Shown: piece by piece, positions 45,101-54,672 of the stretch
Layout: each line of letters opens with the position of its first letter
Numbering within the stretch: the stretch's first letter is position 1
Source: Phoronis australis
Lineage: Eukaryota; Animalia; Phoronida
Assembly (NCBI GenBank): GCA_002633005.1
Contig: NMRA01000469.1
Location: 62,001 to 126,000 of the forward strand
Length of the DNA: 64,000 nt
Reading direction: 5' to 3'
Position numbers and translations under genes: made by a program
The notes under the pieces: model-generated
Databases searched by the model: none
The model's input: the letters and a program-made list of their open reading frames with translations, nothing else
Told to the model about the DNA's origin: nothing

Positions 45101-46798
45101 TACCAAGGTGTCTTGAACTTTTACAAACTGACAATTTGGGAGTTACAAACTCCCTGTAGTTGTGACCACTCACTTCAACTGTAAAACAAATTTCTACAAA
45201 TCACAGTGGTAAAAAATACACACTTGTAATGGAAAATATATTCAGATTACAAATTACACGAATATGTCATTGTGAAATGGCATATGTTCCATTTTCAAGG
45301 CAACTACAGTAACAATTTAAGGGAAATTTCCCCCTCCTCAAGGTTAAACAAGAAAATTATGGAATAGGCTGATTAACTCAAGCAAAGTGGTCTGAAATTT
45401 TTTTCTTGTGATTTCAATAATTGGTTTCTAGCACGTTTCCTAGTTCCTAAAGTTCAGTTTACACTGACAAATTCAACCAAAATTTTGTATGCAAACATGA
45501 CTAAACTTAGATCTTGCAGCTTTGGTGAGTTTGGGAACCAATCTAGAATAGAAAACTCTTACAAACTGTGTGGAAGTATTTGGTAGAGTCAATTAGGAAA
45601 AAATTATATCATAGATAATATTTTCACTGAAAAAAACAGTTTGAGGGGGTGTCTACAGTCAAAACTGGCATGCTGCAGGTGAGAGGTGCCATTCTTGTAG
45701 ATGTTAAGAGAAAAAGTGTCTGTGGTATAGAGCATGTATTAAATATACACCGAATATGGAACATATCATTGCCTCTTTCAAGATTTGAGAATTTCTGATT
45801 AGCAAGGTTGCAAAACATTCATGAGGATAAATGAAGAGTAAAGTTTCACTCAGTTGCTGATGGAAGTAAAGCCACAAAAACAAAACATAATTATAATTAT
45901 TATAATGATTTGTTTATAATTCACTTTTCTGCATTTAGTTAATATTTTTCTGATCAACCAAAAAAGACATAATCTTCATTACCTTGAGGTGTCTTGTTTT
46001 GAATGACTTCATTAAATCCTACAAAAAATTCAAACTCTCATTAAAATACAAATCTGCAAAGTCACTGAACAGTCAACTTATGAATGGTCAACTTCACATA
46101 AAGTAGAAAGGATTTGTTCAGTTCAACATACACTGCAATATAATCAAACACTGTGACAGTACTTGGTAGAAACACCAGTAGATAATATTAAATTAAGCAG
46201 TTTATAACACACGATTCTTAAAAAGTTGAAGTGGCTACACACCTTTTATCAAGAAAATCAGATTTTGATTTAACCACTGACCATTATGAGACTGGTCTGA
46301 AATTGTTCTTTAGTAAATTCCGTGATGAATTCAGGGCTTTGAAAGAACTGACAATTAGTTGTTACTTGAGACCAGGAGGCTCTACAAGTTGGCTTGTCAT
46401 TCTATTAGTTGTTACTTGACACCACGCTCTACAAGTTGGCTAGCCATTTTATGCACTGGGCAAAAGTTTCAACGAATAACAAACTTAAGATCTTTGCAAA
46501 CCCACAAATCATTTCTCAGCAGACAAGTTCATTCCAATTTTATTGCGATAACTGGTCAAAATCCAAACCTTGCTTCAAGGCAGAACTCAGGTTCATAGTC
46601 ACTTTAAAGTTATGCTATTTTTACATTTTCCAAATTAGGAAATGAACAAAACAGGGACTATTGGTTGAGTACGAAGTCATACACCATGCAAAAGACCTAA
46701 CTGAGGAAGCAGGGAGACAGTCATATACCTGGCACATTGGTCTGTAGCATCGCAGGCTCATCACCCATGTTAAAGCTTGATAAGTGTGAGGAATTCAT
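3020..46798 (-). CDS. CEP85: CEP85/CEP85L-family centrosomal coiled-coil protein, spliced gene span (13 predicted coding exons, 2205 nt, ~734 aa)
   Basis: Exons 46798-46729, 46018-45983, 45178-45104, 44391-43668, 25114-24997, 23722-23628, 23071-22981, 15932-15780, 12728-12649, 12126-11922, 11612-11451, 4164-3945 and 3195-3020 join in frame with matching intron phases. Motifs KEKDMIIDRQK, LERYLMDLP, DQNQALME, GQEPNMSVLLG and the C-terminal EIDRLRQMVSNKYAEEMGANISCAQQ* resemble CEP85/CEP85L as I recall them. The three most 5' exons are less certain. Confidence 0.88.
3945..4164 (-). CDS. CEP85: CEP85-like coding exon
   Basis: ttgtag|GTTGTTGATCAA ... GTCAGAG|gtaagg; VVDQNQALMENSAELKE...EGQEPNMSVLLGVR. 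Confidence 0.9.
4161..4460. repeat. tandem repeat, 6 x 50 bp, overlapping a splice acceptor
   Basis: Unit CAACCTACAATGTRACACAYTGACTGACNAACACTAGTTTAWTGGTTTCY starts at 4161, 4211, 4261, 4310, 4360 and 4410. Confidence 0.95.
4811..4918 (+). repeat. short interspersed repeat; second copy at ~9352-9461
   Basis: GGGGCACA...AGTCAGGTCTCTAGCTCCTCAGCT...TTAATAAA.CATAAAAAT.GTTCCAGG is shared between the two sites. Confidence 0.7.
6656..7055. mobile_element. PIF/Harbinger-type MITE (400 bp)
   Basis: TIRs GGCCCGGCCTCCAATCTTTTACTCGAAA and TTTCGAGTACAAAGATTAGAGACCGGGCC; 3-bp TSD CAG on both sides. Confidence 0.8.
11317..11354. repeat. (ATT)n microsatellite
   Basis: Run of attattatt with one gtt interruption. 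Confidence 0.9.
11451..11612 (-). CDS. CEP85: CEP85-like coding exon (coiled coil); 3' boundary falls on an N
   Basis: ttttcattag|ATGTTAGAT; MLDAQHKKIQQLE...ENELGQVRS; the apparent donor GTGGGT directly follows the ambiguous base at 11451. Confidence 0.8.
11922..12126 (-). CDS. CEP85: CEP85-like coding exon (coiled coil)
   Basis: tatacag|TCAGATAGTG ... AAACAG|gtggac; (S)QIVQKDEHISQLEEQERDL...HNAKQ; the phase-2 start fits the 80-bp exon upstream. Confidence 0.85.
12649..12728 (-). CDS. CEP85: CEP85-like 80-bp exon downstream of the U12 AT-AC intron (absent from the ORF track)
   Basis: ttccttaattgtacaac|TTAGCC ... CAAAG|gtgaga; encodes LATLESDYSQSQTSLLDLEQVLKEAQ and continues the heptad pattern between the flanking exons. 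Confidence 0.85.
12729..15779 (-). other. U12-type (minor spliceosome) AT-AC intron, 3051 bp
   Basis: 5' site CGA|ATATCCTTT at 15779; branch-site box TTCCTTAAT at 12745-12737; terminal AC at 12730-12729; splicing keeps the frame. Confidence 0.88.
15780..15932 (-). CDS. CEP85: CEP85-like coding exon
   Basis: gtttgtttcag|TTAGAG; LEVEETSLSEWKRK...KSLERYLMDLPSPDEYSDTNRR; 153 bp, ending at ATATCCTT. Confidence 0.9.
16943..17692 (+). mobile_element. decayed LINE ORF1 (L1/Tx1-type RNA-binding protein)
   Basis: Frameshifted peptide FERV.*LG...KPRPIIAKF...LKGTDFYVSEDFPK...DKLVIEGKVYT, typical of the LINE ORF1 RRM/CTD region. Confidence 0.75.
17889..19108 (+). mobile_element. Tc1/mariner (pogo/Tc2-like) non-autonomous element, family A, right end missing
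   Basis: TA|CCGTATTCGCCCTAATAAG left end; colinear with the full copy at 35482-36963. Confidence 0.85.
19110..19760 (+). mobile_element. decayed L1/Tx1-type LINE ORF2 C-terminal fragment
   Basis: QNYKNCGLNMVHLISFIQALKVTWLKRL matches the post-RT GGL...ALK..W..RL motif, followed by SFWKDI- and WNEKG-like motifs. Confidence 0.7.
21900..22400 (-). mobile_element. highly degenerate CR1/L2-like reverse transcriptase remnant
   Basis: Fragments W..SYL.IR and SPLLFLSYV..LP resemble the RT QGS.LSPLLF..Y..DLP region, with many frameshifts. Confidence 0.4.
22570..22820. repeat. diverged ~42-bp tandem repeat
   Basis: Repeated AACATGGACATCTCCAAGTGAAGAGAGAGTGTA-like units. Confidence 0.7.
22981..23071 (-). 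CDS. CEP85: CEP85-like coding exon
   Basis: ctgttttag|TGCTACG ... CAAAAG|gtgtgt; (G)ATEYDLEKIQANLNDRIDNKEKEIENLKQK. Confidence 0.85.
23628..23722 (-). CDS. CEP85: CEP85-like coding exon
   Basis: tttcggcag|GAGATG ... CTGGG|gtatgt; EMQYDNASLHAKLIDLETDKAQQIEALRSQL. Confidence 0.88.
24997..25114 (-). CDS. CEP85: CEP85-like coding exon
   Basis: ctttatag|ACAGAAG ... TTACAG|gtagga; (R)QKLKIQQMEHRFQETDLQLKHVLR...VRLQ. Confidence 0.88.
26671..30162 (+). mobile_element. decayed Sola3-type DNA transposon (~3.5 kb) with transposase pseudogene at ~27580-28830
   Basis: TTAA|GAG...TCCATATAAAAACCA and TGGTTTTTATATGGA...CTC|TTAA ends. Peptide remnants SGNAGCYH...RYDFSESQNRKNLYDRKIAP, FPC...HLDVGNH and G*ALKK...RFS. 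TTAA TSD with GAG/CTC termini is the Sola3 pattern. Confidence 0.75.
33127..33957 (+). mobile_element. hAT-type MITE, family B (831 bp)
   Basis: TIRs CAGGCCTTTATCCAG and CTGCATGAAGGCCTG; perfect 8-bp TSD GCCTGGGG. Confidence 0.88.
34964..35129. repeat. tandem repeat, ~6 x 28 bp
   Basis: Near-identical copies of TAGTTTGCACATGATGACCCTAGCATCC. Confidence 0.95.
35482..36963 (+). mobile_element. Tc1/mariner (pogo/Tc2-like) non-autonomous element, family A, full length (1482 bp)
   Basis: TA|CTGTATTTGCCCTAATAAC ... GTTATTAGGGCGAATACAG|TA; TA TSD; four copies in the window; no transposase ORF. Confidence 0.9.
37264..37410. mobile_element. short hAT-like MITE
   Basis: GGCGGATTCAAGGGG ... GTGGATCCGCC inverted ends with G/C-rich subterminal motifs. 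Confidence 0.55.
40405..43395 (+). mobile_element. decayed hAT transposon (ZMYM1-like transposase pseudogene at ~40850-42030)
   Basis: TIRs CAGTGGCGTACCTA and TAGATACGCCACTG; near-TSD AATAAAGC/AATACTGC. Remnants PQIHNEF...EIKSAKYY...DSISDKSQVDQM and the hATC motif LTISVSVASCE.SFSKIKLIKTYLRS...FAFEKAR. Confidence 0.85.
42341..42881 (+). mobile_element. possible solo LTR inside the hAT element
   Basis: TGTAG...TGTAACA ends, TATAAATA at ~42499 and AATAAA at ~42811; no clear TSD. Confidence 0.4.
43668..44391 (-). CDS. CEP85: CEP85-like large, low-complexity N-terminal exon
   Basis: Lies within the 254-aa ORF; aatttcag|AAAGA ... GATAG|gtaatt; S/T/P/Q-rich and ends WDSLKRVTDSIVKEKDMIID(R). Confidence 0.88.
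44600..44762. repeat. diverged ~21-24 bp tandem repeat
   Basis: GCATGCCTGAACAACAGACAA units. Confidence 0.8.
45104..45178 (-). CDS. CEP85: probable small CEP85-like exon (75 bp, phase 1-1)
   Basis: ttgttttacag|TTGAAG ... CCTTG|gtaagt; open frame EVSGHNYREFVTPKLSVCKSSRHL; no homology support. Confidence 0.6.
45983..46018 (-). CDS. CEP85: probable CEP85-like microexon (36 bp, phase 1-1)
   Basis: ttttttgtag|GATTT ... CAAG|gtaatg; FNEVIQNKTPQ. Confidence 0.55.
46729..46798 (-). CDS. CEP85: probable first coding exon of the CEP85-like gene
   Basis: Acceptor atgttttag| at 46815, ATG at 46798, MNSSHLSSFNMGDEPAMLQTNVP, donor CCAG|gtatat in phase 1. The frame may extend into an unseen upstream exon. 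Confidence 0.55.
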
Positions 46799-47149
46799 AT
46801 GTCCTAATGGTAACCTAAAACATAGAACCAAAATTTGTCGACACAAATAAAACATTGTGACAAGCTCTACTTCATCATTAACTGATTTGATAAATAAATG
46901 TAAAGCAAAACTTTTAGGAAATTCTGCATATTTTAACGTTATCAAAAATATTGAAAAACACAATTTTGACTATAGCGATTTTTTGGGAAACTGAAGAGAT
47001 AATCGTAGCTGATTTCCAATGTTTTGTAATCCACCATTTATTCTAATTAATCCATCATTTATTCTAATTAATCCATCATTTATTCTCATAGCACAGCACA
47101 ACTGGTATAAGACAATTATCAAACAAACGGCCAAGCGACTTTGCCAGAG

Positions 47150-48000
47150 CTAGGACTGCTCATTTATTCTTAACCTATTGAACAACATAAATAACGGTGA
47201 ATGAGAAGTTGTCATGACCCAGGGCCAGTCTTAATCATGAATAACAGTCTCTTTCCATGATAACGATAACATGGTAAAACATGCCTAGTCTCTAAGATGG
47301 CAAAAAGGTAGTTGGTCGACAGCATTCTACTCTCTTGTATGGATTTAATATTGTTACCCGGATATTTTCCAGCACTTTTTGTAAATTCTTCACGGCCATC
47401 ACGTTGTCAAATTGCCACTGTTGTGCATTTTATTGGGAACCCCCGGATGAACACAAGAACAGCGCCATGCGGCGGGACAACTCATAACTAAACACAGGGC
47501 TGTAACCGATGCTTTACTAACACCACATCTCTCTCACGGGAGGGTGAACCAATGAAACAGAGTCCTTGAACATACTTATAACTAATGAGAACAGATTCTT
47601 AACCATAACAGTTCCCAACAGCCTATAGGTTCACTTTTTCTAAATCCTGTGAAGAGTATTGGGTAGTTGGCAATAATGTTATTGCCTGCAACTGAGCCAA
47701 TGTGAGCTTTTTGCACACGCTAGGGATTTTCAATTGCAGTTCTACCCAACACTGCGTGATTCAAGCCATCAATAACACAAACATATAGGTCAGACAGAGA
47801 ATTGGCAACTGTCCTTAACCCTAATAGTGAGAGTTATGTGAAATTTCCCACAACATTCTAACAACTCTTCACCTGCGCCATACAACAATGTCAGTGGATA
47901 AGTGAGTTTTTCCATATACTGTATTTTATGCTGTAACAAGAGATTTTGTAGTCTTTTCATACGTTTTTCACTAGCCTACTACTATCATCCTTGTAACACG
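47150..48000 (-). mobile_element. Gypsy-like pol remnant (protease-RT linker and RT fragments)
   Basis: VLGRTAIE...IIANYPILFTGF and LQKVLENIRVTILNP resemble Gypsy pol motifs; heavily disrupted. Confidence 0.45.
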
Positions 48001-48176
48001 GTCTCTATGATACATATACATTCATCACAAGACTAAAGCCATCAACGTCTGTCTGACTGTGACATCTATGAATCTAGTATGAACTGCACTAACTTCAGTG
48101 ATTAGTGAGTGACTGAACCACTGAAGTGAAGCAGAGCCAGAGGTTAGACAGTGATCATCGTCTCTAGCTGGCCCAG

Positions 48177-48594
48177 TGGAGCTCCTATAGGAGTTTCATA
48201 TGCCGGAATCTTTTCAGCGAATTATGCCTCACACTGACTAAAACATCAAAGTTGCGTTGTTATAAGTACCTTTCGCGATTAGAGAGACACCTTAGGAGGT
48301 TGTCGATGAATTCAATTCCTTCCACGCCAGGAGATATAACGTCATACTACCTGGCGCACGCAGTGTTAAAAATGGCGAGTTACTGATTTTGGGAATTGAA
48401 CGAAGGACTGCTCGACAAAAAAGTTTGATAACGGGAGTATTTCTTTGAGTTGGAATTAGTTAAATACATCGAAGGCCTCCTAAGGTATCCCGCTATGAAC
48501 AAAAGGTATTTATAACAACGCCACTTTGATGTTTTAGTCAGTGAGGCATAATTCGCCGAAAAGCTTCCGACATATGAAGCTCCTATAGGAGCCC
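48177..48594. mobile_element. foldback (hairpin) MITE, family C, copy 1
   Basis: ~150-bp arms GGAGCTCCTATAGGAG...CCTTAGGAGG and CCTCCTAAGG...CTCCTATAGGAGC are reverse complements. Confidence 0.8.
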
Positions 48595-48619
48595 AAACAT
48601 CCTACTGGCACGTAGGGCG

Positions 48620-49629
48620 GTGGAGCTCCTATATGCGCTTCATACACCAGAAGCTTTTCGGCGAATCATGCCTCACATTGATTAAAACATCAAAGTCACA
48701 TTGTTATAAATACATTTTGCTCACAAAGGATCACCTTAGGAGGCAAAAGGTATTTATAACAACTTAACATTGATGTTTTAGTCAGTGTGAGACATAATTT
48801 GCTGAAAATCTTCGGTAATCATTTACAATATGACGACAATAACTTACACATGATTTTGGTATCGTTCGATTCCTCGCGCCGTCATCTTTCCAAAAATATA
48901 TGAATTGATCCCCTACCGCGTTTCCTCATATTTTATCGTCAATTTCAGTTAGCACTATTTCGCAGTGGACATGCACTGCCATGTTAGCTCAACTCAAGAT
49001 AACAGCGACATCTATTGTTATTAAAATTAAACAGCATCATATGGTGGTTGCCCGCGCGAGATTCCCGCTAAAGTTTTCCTGACCTAATATTGATGCACAA
49101 GTAGAAGCATTTTACCATTTCCATTTTTTAAAATTGTGACCATTTGACCATTTTTCCACGAAATTGTCTGAAGACGTGATATTTTCACAAATCTGGACCT
49201 CAAAAACAACCTCCGCTTTTTTGGCAGATTCTTGCTAGCAGATGCGTATATCAGGGTCACCATAGGATCGAATTCGAACCCTTGGTTACGTAACTCGGGC
49301 AGGGGATTGACAGGTCTCGGTCAACTTGAACTTATGAAAAGCGACGATCTGCAAGTCGTTAGAAAAGTTAAGTTTTTGTCCGCCAGGTAACTCCTTATCC
49401 ATTCAACATGGCGGTATTACTATTGAGTACCAGGAAATAGTGTGAGCAGAAATTTCACTATAAAAAACTAAGCTAAGGGAACGGGGTAGGAAAAATTTCT
49501 GTGTATATTTGGAAAGATAACATTGCGAGGAATCGAACGATACCAAAATCATAAGGTCTAAGTCATTGTCGTCATATTGTAAACAATTACCAAATCTTCC
49601 GCCGTATGAAGCGCCTATAGGGGCTCCAC
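48620..49629. mobile_element. foldback MITE, family C, copy 2, interrupted by a Merlin-like element
   Basis: Same arms as copy 1 (GTGGAGCTCCTAT ... CCTATAGGGGCTCCAC); the right arm is split at AAATCTTC. Confidence 0.78.
48814..49591. mobile_element. Merlin-like MITE (778 bp) with long TIRs
   Basis: GGTAATCATTTACAATATGACGAC and GTCGTCATATTGTAAACAATTACC ends, ~170-bp imperfect TIRs, perfect 8-bp TSD AAATCTTC. GGTAA termini with an 8-bp TSD fit Merlin. Confidence 0.75.
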
Positions 49630-50780
49630 AGTCTCTACTACGGGGACAGTAGCGACTGTGCATGGTCACTGTCTCACTCTCAGCCAGGCAGAGCAGAGGC
49701 AGAGCTAGAGCCGAACTTCACCTGCTAAAATTCCACGACACCTAAGGATACCGCTGTTTACATAGTCAAATATCCGTTCAAAATGAGGAATTATAGGTCC
49801 CTTAATTACAGATTCATTTGATTATTTTAAGAAAGACAGAAAAATACTAGATTATCATGAAAATTCACTTGAGCAGACATCCAAACGGAATCGATTTGTG
49901 GCGGCTAGTTGTGTTTTGGTTCTAACAAATAAAGTCATGCGAATATTTTTCCGGCGACAGTTACATAGTTGTAATACTTTACAAAAATAATGTTTCTATA
50001 TAGTTTATCAAAAATACCAATTTATAAAATTTGTGCTATTTAGGTTTCGTTTTCTATGTTTACAAAGCCACTTTGTGATTCCGATTCTTATCGTCGAATA
50101 GCGGAAGTCTTGCTTAGCAGAGTGTAAATGAGGTAGGCCTAGCTCATTGACGAAAACGCTGTCCGGCTTTTTTATTTTTTCCTTTTTTCCTGGCGGTGAA
50201 TGACAAAAGATTATTATCCGTGTATGTGTGTAAGTGAAATGCAAAACTATGTGAAATATTTAGTTGTAAGAGTAAGATTAAGTCATCATGTGAGTGCCAG
50301 GTTGCATCCCACGCCACGGGCACGGCCACATTTCACATGTCATGATGAACGCATCCACTACCATAAGAAACTAGAGCAACACCGCATTTATTTACCTTCA
50401 CTCTTATCAGGCTTCTATTGTGAGTCAGCATGCGTGAATAATTGGCTGATAAGCCACCTATGGAACTACTTTTGGCTGAATGGATTACCAGGCCATAAAA
50501 TGATAATTAGCCAAGACCTTGCTGCATGCAATAGTTAACACCATGTTCATGGCAATTTTGAAAGAGTGGACATCTTCTGCTAGTCTTTCGCTGAAAGGGT
50601 TTTAAAAAAACTTGGTTTACCGACCTCTGATTTTCTGGATTATGCAAAATTCAAATTTGCAACGTTTTCAGTTCTGCCATCATTATGCTATGGAAACAAG
50701 CAAAAATTGGCAACAATCTGTACAAGCAACAAAAAATATCTTTCTTATAGCATCACCTAGCCTTGGTGGAAAGCTGTATA

Positions 50781-51340
50781 CTGTATTGACCCTAATAAAC
50801 GCCGCGGGCGCTTAGAAAAATTCATTTCACGGAGGTGACGCTTATTGTAACCTAAGGCATGCAGTTGAAACCAGGTTTCCAAAACGGGTAAAATCGGAAG
50901 CTTGTATTCATCAAATTTACGCTCTGTGACGTATTTGTAGCCCATGACAGTCTTTCTACAAAATTGTAGTGTATGTATGTATTGCTATCAATCTGCATTG
51001 TTAAATTACGATCATTTTTTAAAAAAATGTGCTGAAATCCGAGGACGAAAACTTGCCGACTGATACGTCACTGAATCGCAATCGTTGATAGGAAAACTTG
51101 AATTCTTGAATAAAAATACAGTTTCGACTCAACAAATTACCTGAAATCCTCCTTGTGTTTTACAATTTTTTAAGTTCATGTGGAGTCCAGATTAATTGCG
51201 ATTAAGTCCAAATCTGCGCTACATTGTACCCCACAACACGAGAAAAATCTCTGGATGAACACACGTTGTTATCACGTCACGTTTGTCTTGAAGTTCGTCT
51301 GTGTATGAGAGTGAGTGAGCGAGTGCGTGCGGGTCATCGA
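50781..51340 (-). mobile_element. family A element, diverged right-end fragment
   Basis: TA|CTGTATTGACCCTAATAAAC...GGGCGCTTAGAAAAA is the reverse complement of ~36400-36963. Confidence 0.75.
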
Positions 51341-52250
51341 CAACACGGACAACAGACTTGGTTACAAAAGACAGAGGATTATGCAAGAAAATGGCATTTG
51401 TTAGATTGTTTTTCGATTAAACGGCTGCAACGTGCAAGGTGAGTGCCGGTTTACTCACACATTTTGTGTGCAAAGGCCGACGGTCGTTAGTTCAACCGTG
51501 GAGTATAACATTAATAATCCTAGGCTCGATCTACATGGGTGACGAGCTGAACTATCCGGGCTGTGTGAAATTTCTGGGTCTAATGGTGACACTGACGCAG
51601 TGGTACCTATAGTTAGCCAGCTCGCTGTATCAAGACTATCGTCAAAATCCAAATTCGTTTTATAGTGTCCCTGTCAGTAATAATGGCATGCTAAAGTTTC
51701 TTAATGTTCGTACTTCAGGAACATAACGATCCCGCGTTTTGTATACATACGCACACGCTGCAGATCGCATCTCGGAAATTTCCGATTTGACGGATGACAA
51801 TGGAATGAGCACAATGAAATTAAACAACGTTTTACAGCTTGTAAGGGCTATAATAAACGTATTTTGCAATGCATGTGTTCCAAAATCTAAATAACATACA
51901 GAGTAGTTCTATATTATCTTAACTTGGGTCCTATATTTTTGTATTCGTGCGCGCCGAATGAAAGTAATCGTGAGTGTTGCTGTGTTGCTAATTCTCTTAT
52001 CCTGGGCCGATTTGAAAAATTCAAAGTTGTACCAGCATTTTTTTCTCTCTTCAAATATTACACTCAAAACTGCGTAAAACGCTCTCCACAAAAAGTTCAG
52101 TCATCTAGGCTAGATTGTAATCAGCTGATCGTATCTTCATGAGCGAAGCCAATTATCCTCGCTTGTGACTCGATGAATAGAGCAGCTAGGGGTTCCCAAT
52201 ATTCCAGGGCGTCCATGATTTCAATGACGCATTACCCCCACTCGCCCCTA

Positions 52251-53783
52251 CAGGGGCATACCTAGGTTTCAAAACCCCGCTTGCCAGCTGGGTGAGTGAG
52301 CCAGAAAATCTACTCGCCCAGCCCAAAGTTCAGTCGCTCAACCATTTGCGTCACTTGCTGCCAATGTCAATAAAAATAATTGTTTCGTGCGTTGGTATCA
52401 CAATCTACTAGGGGTAGTATCATTTTTAGATAATGAATTCCTGCTTAGAAACTTTTGACATAAATGAATTCCCAGCAACGCATACATGCATTGTAGTAAT
52501 ATAGGCTACAGCTATGGCGCACATGTGGGTAAAAGACTGGCCACTGAGATAAAATTTGACACAAAAATAGTTTTATTAAAAACTGCACTCTTCCTCACCC
52601 CTAACACCAAAATGGAAGCGCCCAACCAAAAGCAACAGCACAAGAAATCAACTTGTCATTAAGTGCATTCTGTGCACATTCACTTGGTCAAAAACTTATT
52701 CTTTGAACTTTTGATTTGCTTGCTGACTTTTTACATGATGTGTGTTTGCTTCATTATTTTGGCAGCCTGCCGAGAACCCCTATACATTATAGTAATATGG
52801 TCTGATTGTTGAGCAGGTGCTTTGAACAAGAGGGATTTTGGCTTTAAATTAAAAAAGAAATATACAATGTATATAAAACGTTGCATTGTTCAAACTAAGT
52901 TCAAAGTATTCAGTTAGAAAATCTGTCAATCATTAGCACGTTTGGTTGCCAAGGTATAAGTTCAAAGTATTCAGTAACAATGCCTGTCAATCATTAGCAC
53001 GTGTCTGGTTGCCTAGGTATCCAGCAGGACAAAATAGGTGCTTCCCTTAGAAATACACAGCGAACTAGCGGAATATTGCTTGATCTGTCTTTTCTCTCAA
53101 GAAACTTGCCCTACTGAATGCACGCCTACCTGTAGGAATACCTTAGTTCTAAGAAATGACGAACAGCCACCGAGGTACGTAAAAACCCAATCACGTTCAG
53201 GATGACGATGCCACTGTATCGTGCACTATATGCCGTCGGAAGTCCGTCACTTCAATCCCCCAACCTATCTTTTAACTGATATGCTAGAAGTCCGACGTCA
53301 GTGTTAGCTCCGTGAGAGTAAACTCGGTCCTCCGTGCAGTAAGCAACAACTCAAGACTTTTCAAAAATTTCGATTTTAACCGCCCAGCCCCTGTTTTTAG
53401 ATTCCTAATTTCACTTGCTGTGAGTACGTGGACCGATCTTCTGCCTTTCCCCCCTTTTTCTTTGTTTCGGACCAGTCCACAAATTCCTTTGTGCATGACC
53501 AACTACGGTAATCTCTTGTTTAGACGAATCGCGTAAGGGGTGACATCTACTGAATCAGTAGGAGAGCACGGCGCCGATGTTTTTTACTGCCGGAGCATCG
53601 CTAACCAAACTGAAGCTTTATTTTCATGATAAAAACAGCACAAGGTTCATCTGGGAAACGATAGAGTGCTTTTGCACTCTGAAAATTCGCTCGCCACCTG
53701 GGCAACCGGAAAGACAATTTCTACTCGCCCAGCACCATTTTTACTCGCATTGGCGACTGGGCGAGTGGCTAAGTATATCCCTG
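52251..53783. mobile_element. hAT-like non-autonomous element, apparently inserted into a family B copy
   Basis: Ends CAGGGGCATACCTAG and CTAAGTATATCCCTG with ACTCGCCCA subterminal motifs; family B sequence lies on both sides (52189-52250, 53800-54672); TSD unclear. Confidence 0.5.
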
Positions 53784-53799
53784 CCCTCCCCCCACACAC

Positions 53800-54672
53800 G
53801 CAGTGAGGTTTTTTACAAAAAATGTGTCGAACGAGGCCTTTACATCTAAGTTTACAAAAACAGCTCTCTTGTAGTGAGCTTCTTACTAAAAAAACTGTGT
53901 GGATCAAGACTTATGTCTTAATTTACGAAAACAGCCAAATAGCTTACCAAACAGGTATTACAGATATTAAAGATATTGGTTGAACGATGAGTGCAAATTG
54001 CAGTTATAAAGTTCATCATATCGTCTTAACTAGCTTTAAATTCTGTACAATGAGTCATCAAAGCTGCAGTTACCAACACAACAAAAATGCACAGATGATG
54101 TGTGGTTTATATTTTGGCAACAGGTGTCACTGCTGTTCCATATTAAGACGTACATAGAAAAGCATGAAACAGGGGCACACTCAAACATTTTAAATGGGGA
54201 TATTTTTGTGGCACATCATAATTTATTAAAATAATGACATTTATTTTACTTTTAAAGGTGAAAAAACATGAAACTACAGCTCTGAAACACCAGTTTGGAG
54301 TTAACCAAGGTCTGTGTCCCTGTATAAAGTACTGAAATAAGTGAGATATTAGATCACTGAAAGCAGAGACACTTTAGCAACCAAGCAGGTGCTAATGATT
54401 GACAGGTTTACTAAATACTTTGAAAATAGTTTAAATACTGCAACATTTTACGTACATTTTTTATACATTGTATATTTATTTCTGAGTTGAAAGGGCCAAC
54501 TTCTTTCTTTCATTAACTGGGGAGTCCTAGTAATCTTACAATGTGGGTGTCCAAACAGAGAAATTCTGATTGACAGTGTCCAAGTGATACATTGGGCATC
54601 CTTGCCAGGACATCCAGATTAGTGCTAGGGTGTCCAAATGGACACCCAAGACATACGCTGCATGAAGGCCTG
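53800..54672 (+). mobile_element. family B hAT MITE, right portion
   Basis: Colinear with ~33210-33957 and ends in GCTGCATGAAGGCCTG. Confidence 0.8.

Noticed and set aside
49744-49751. GTATCCTT on the - strand as a second U12 donor
   Set aside because: There is no TCCTTRAY branch box before the acceptors near 46804-46815, and the 8-mer also occurs by chance on the + strand (e.g. ~951, 3935, 40596).
52940-53025. RFX X-box-like GTTGCCTAGGTATC motifs, attractive for a centrosomal gene
   Set aside because: The matches are imperfect and lie in a duplicated segment inside a transposon-derived tract.
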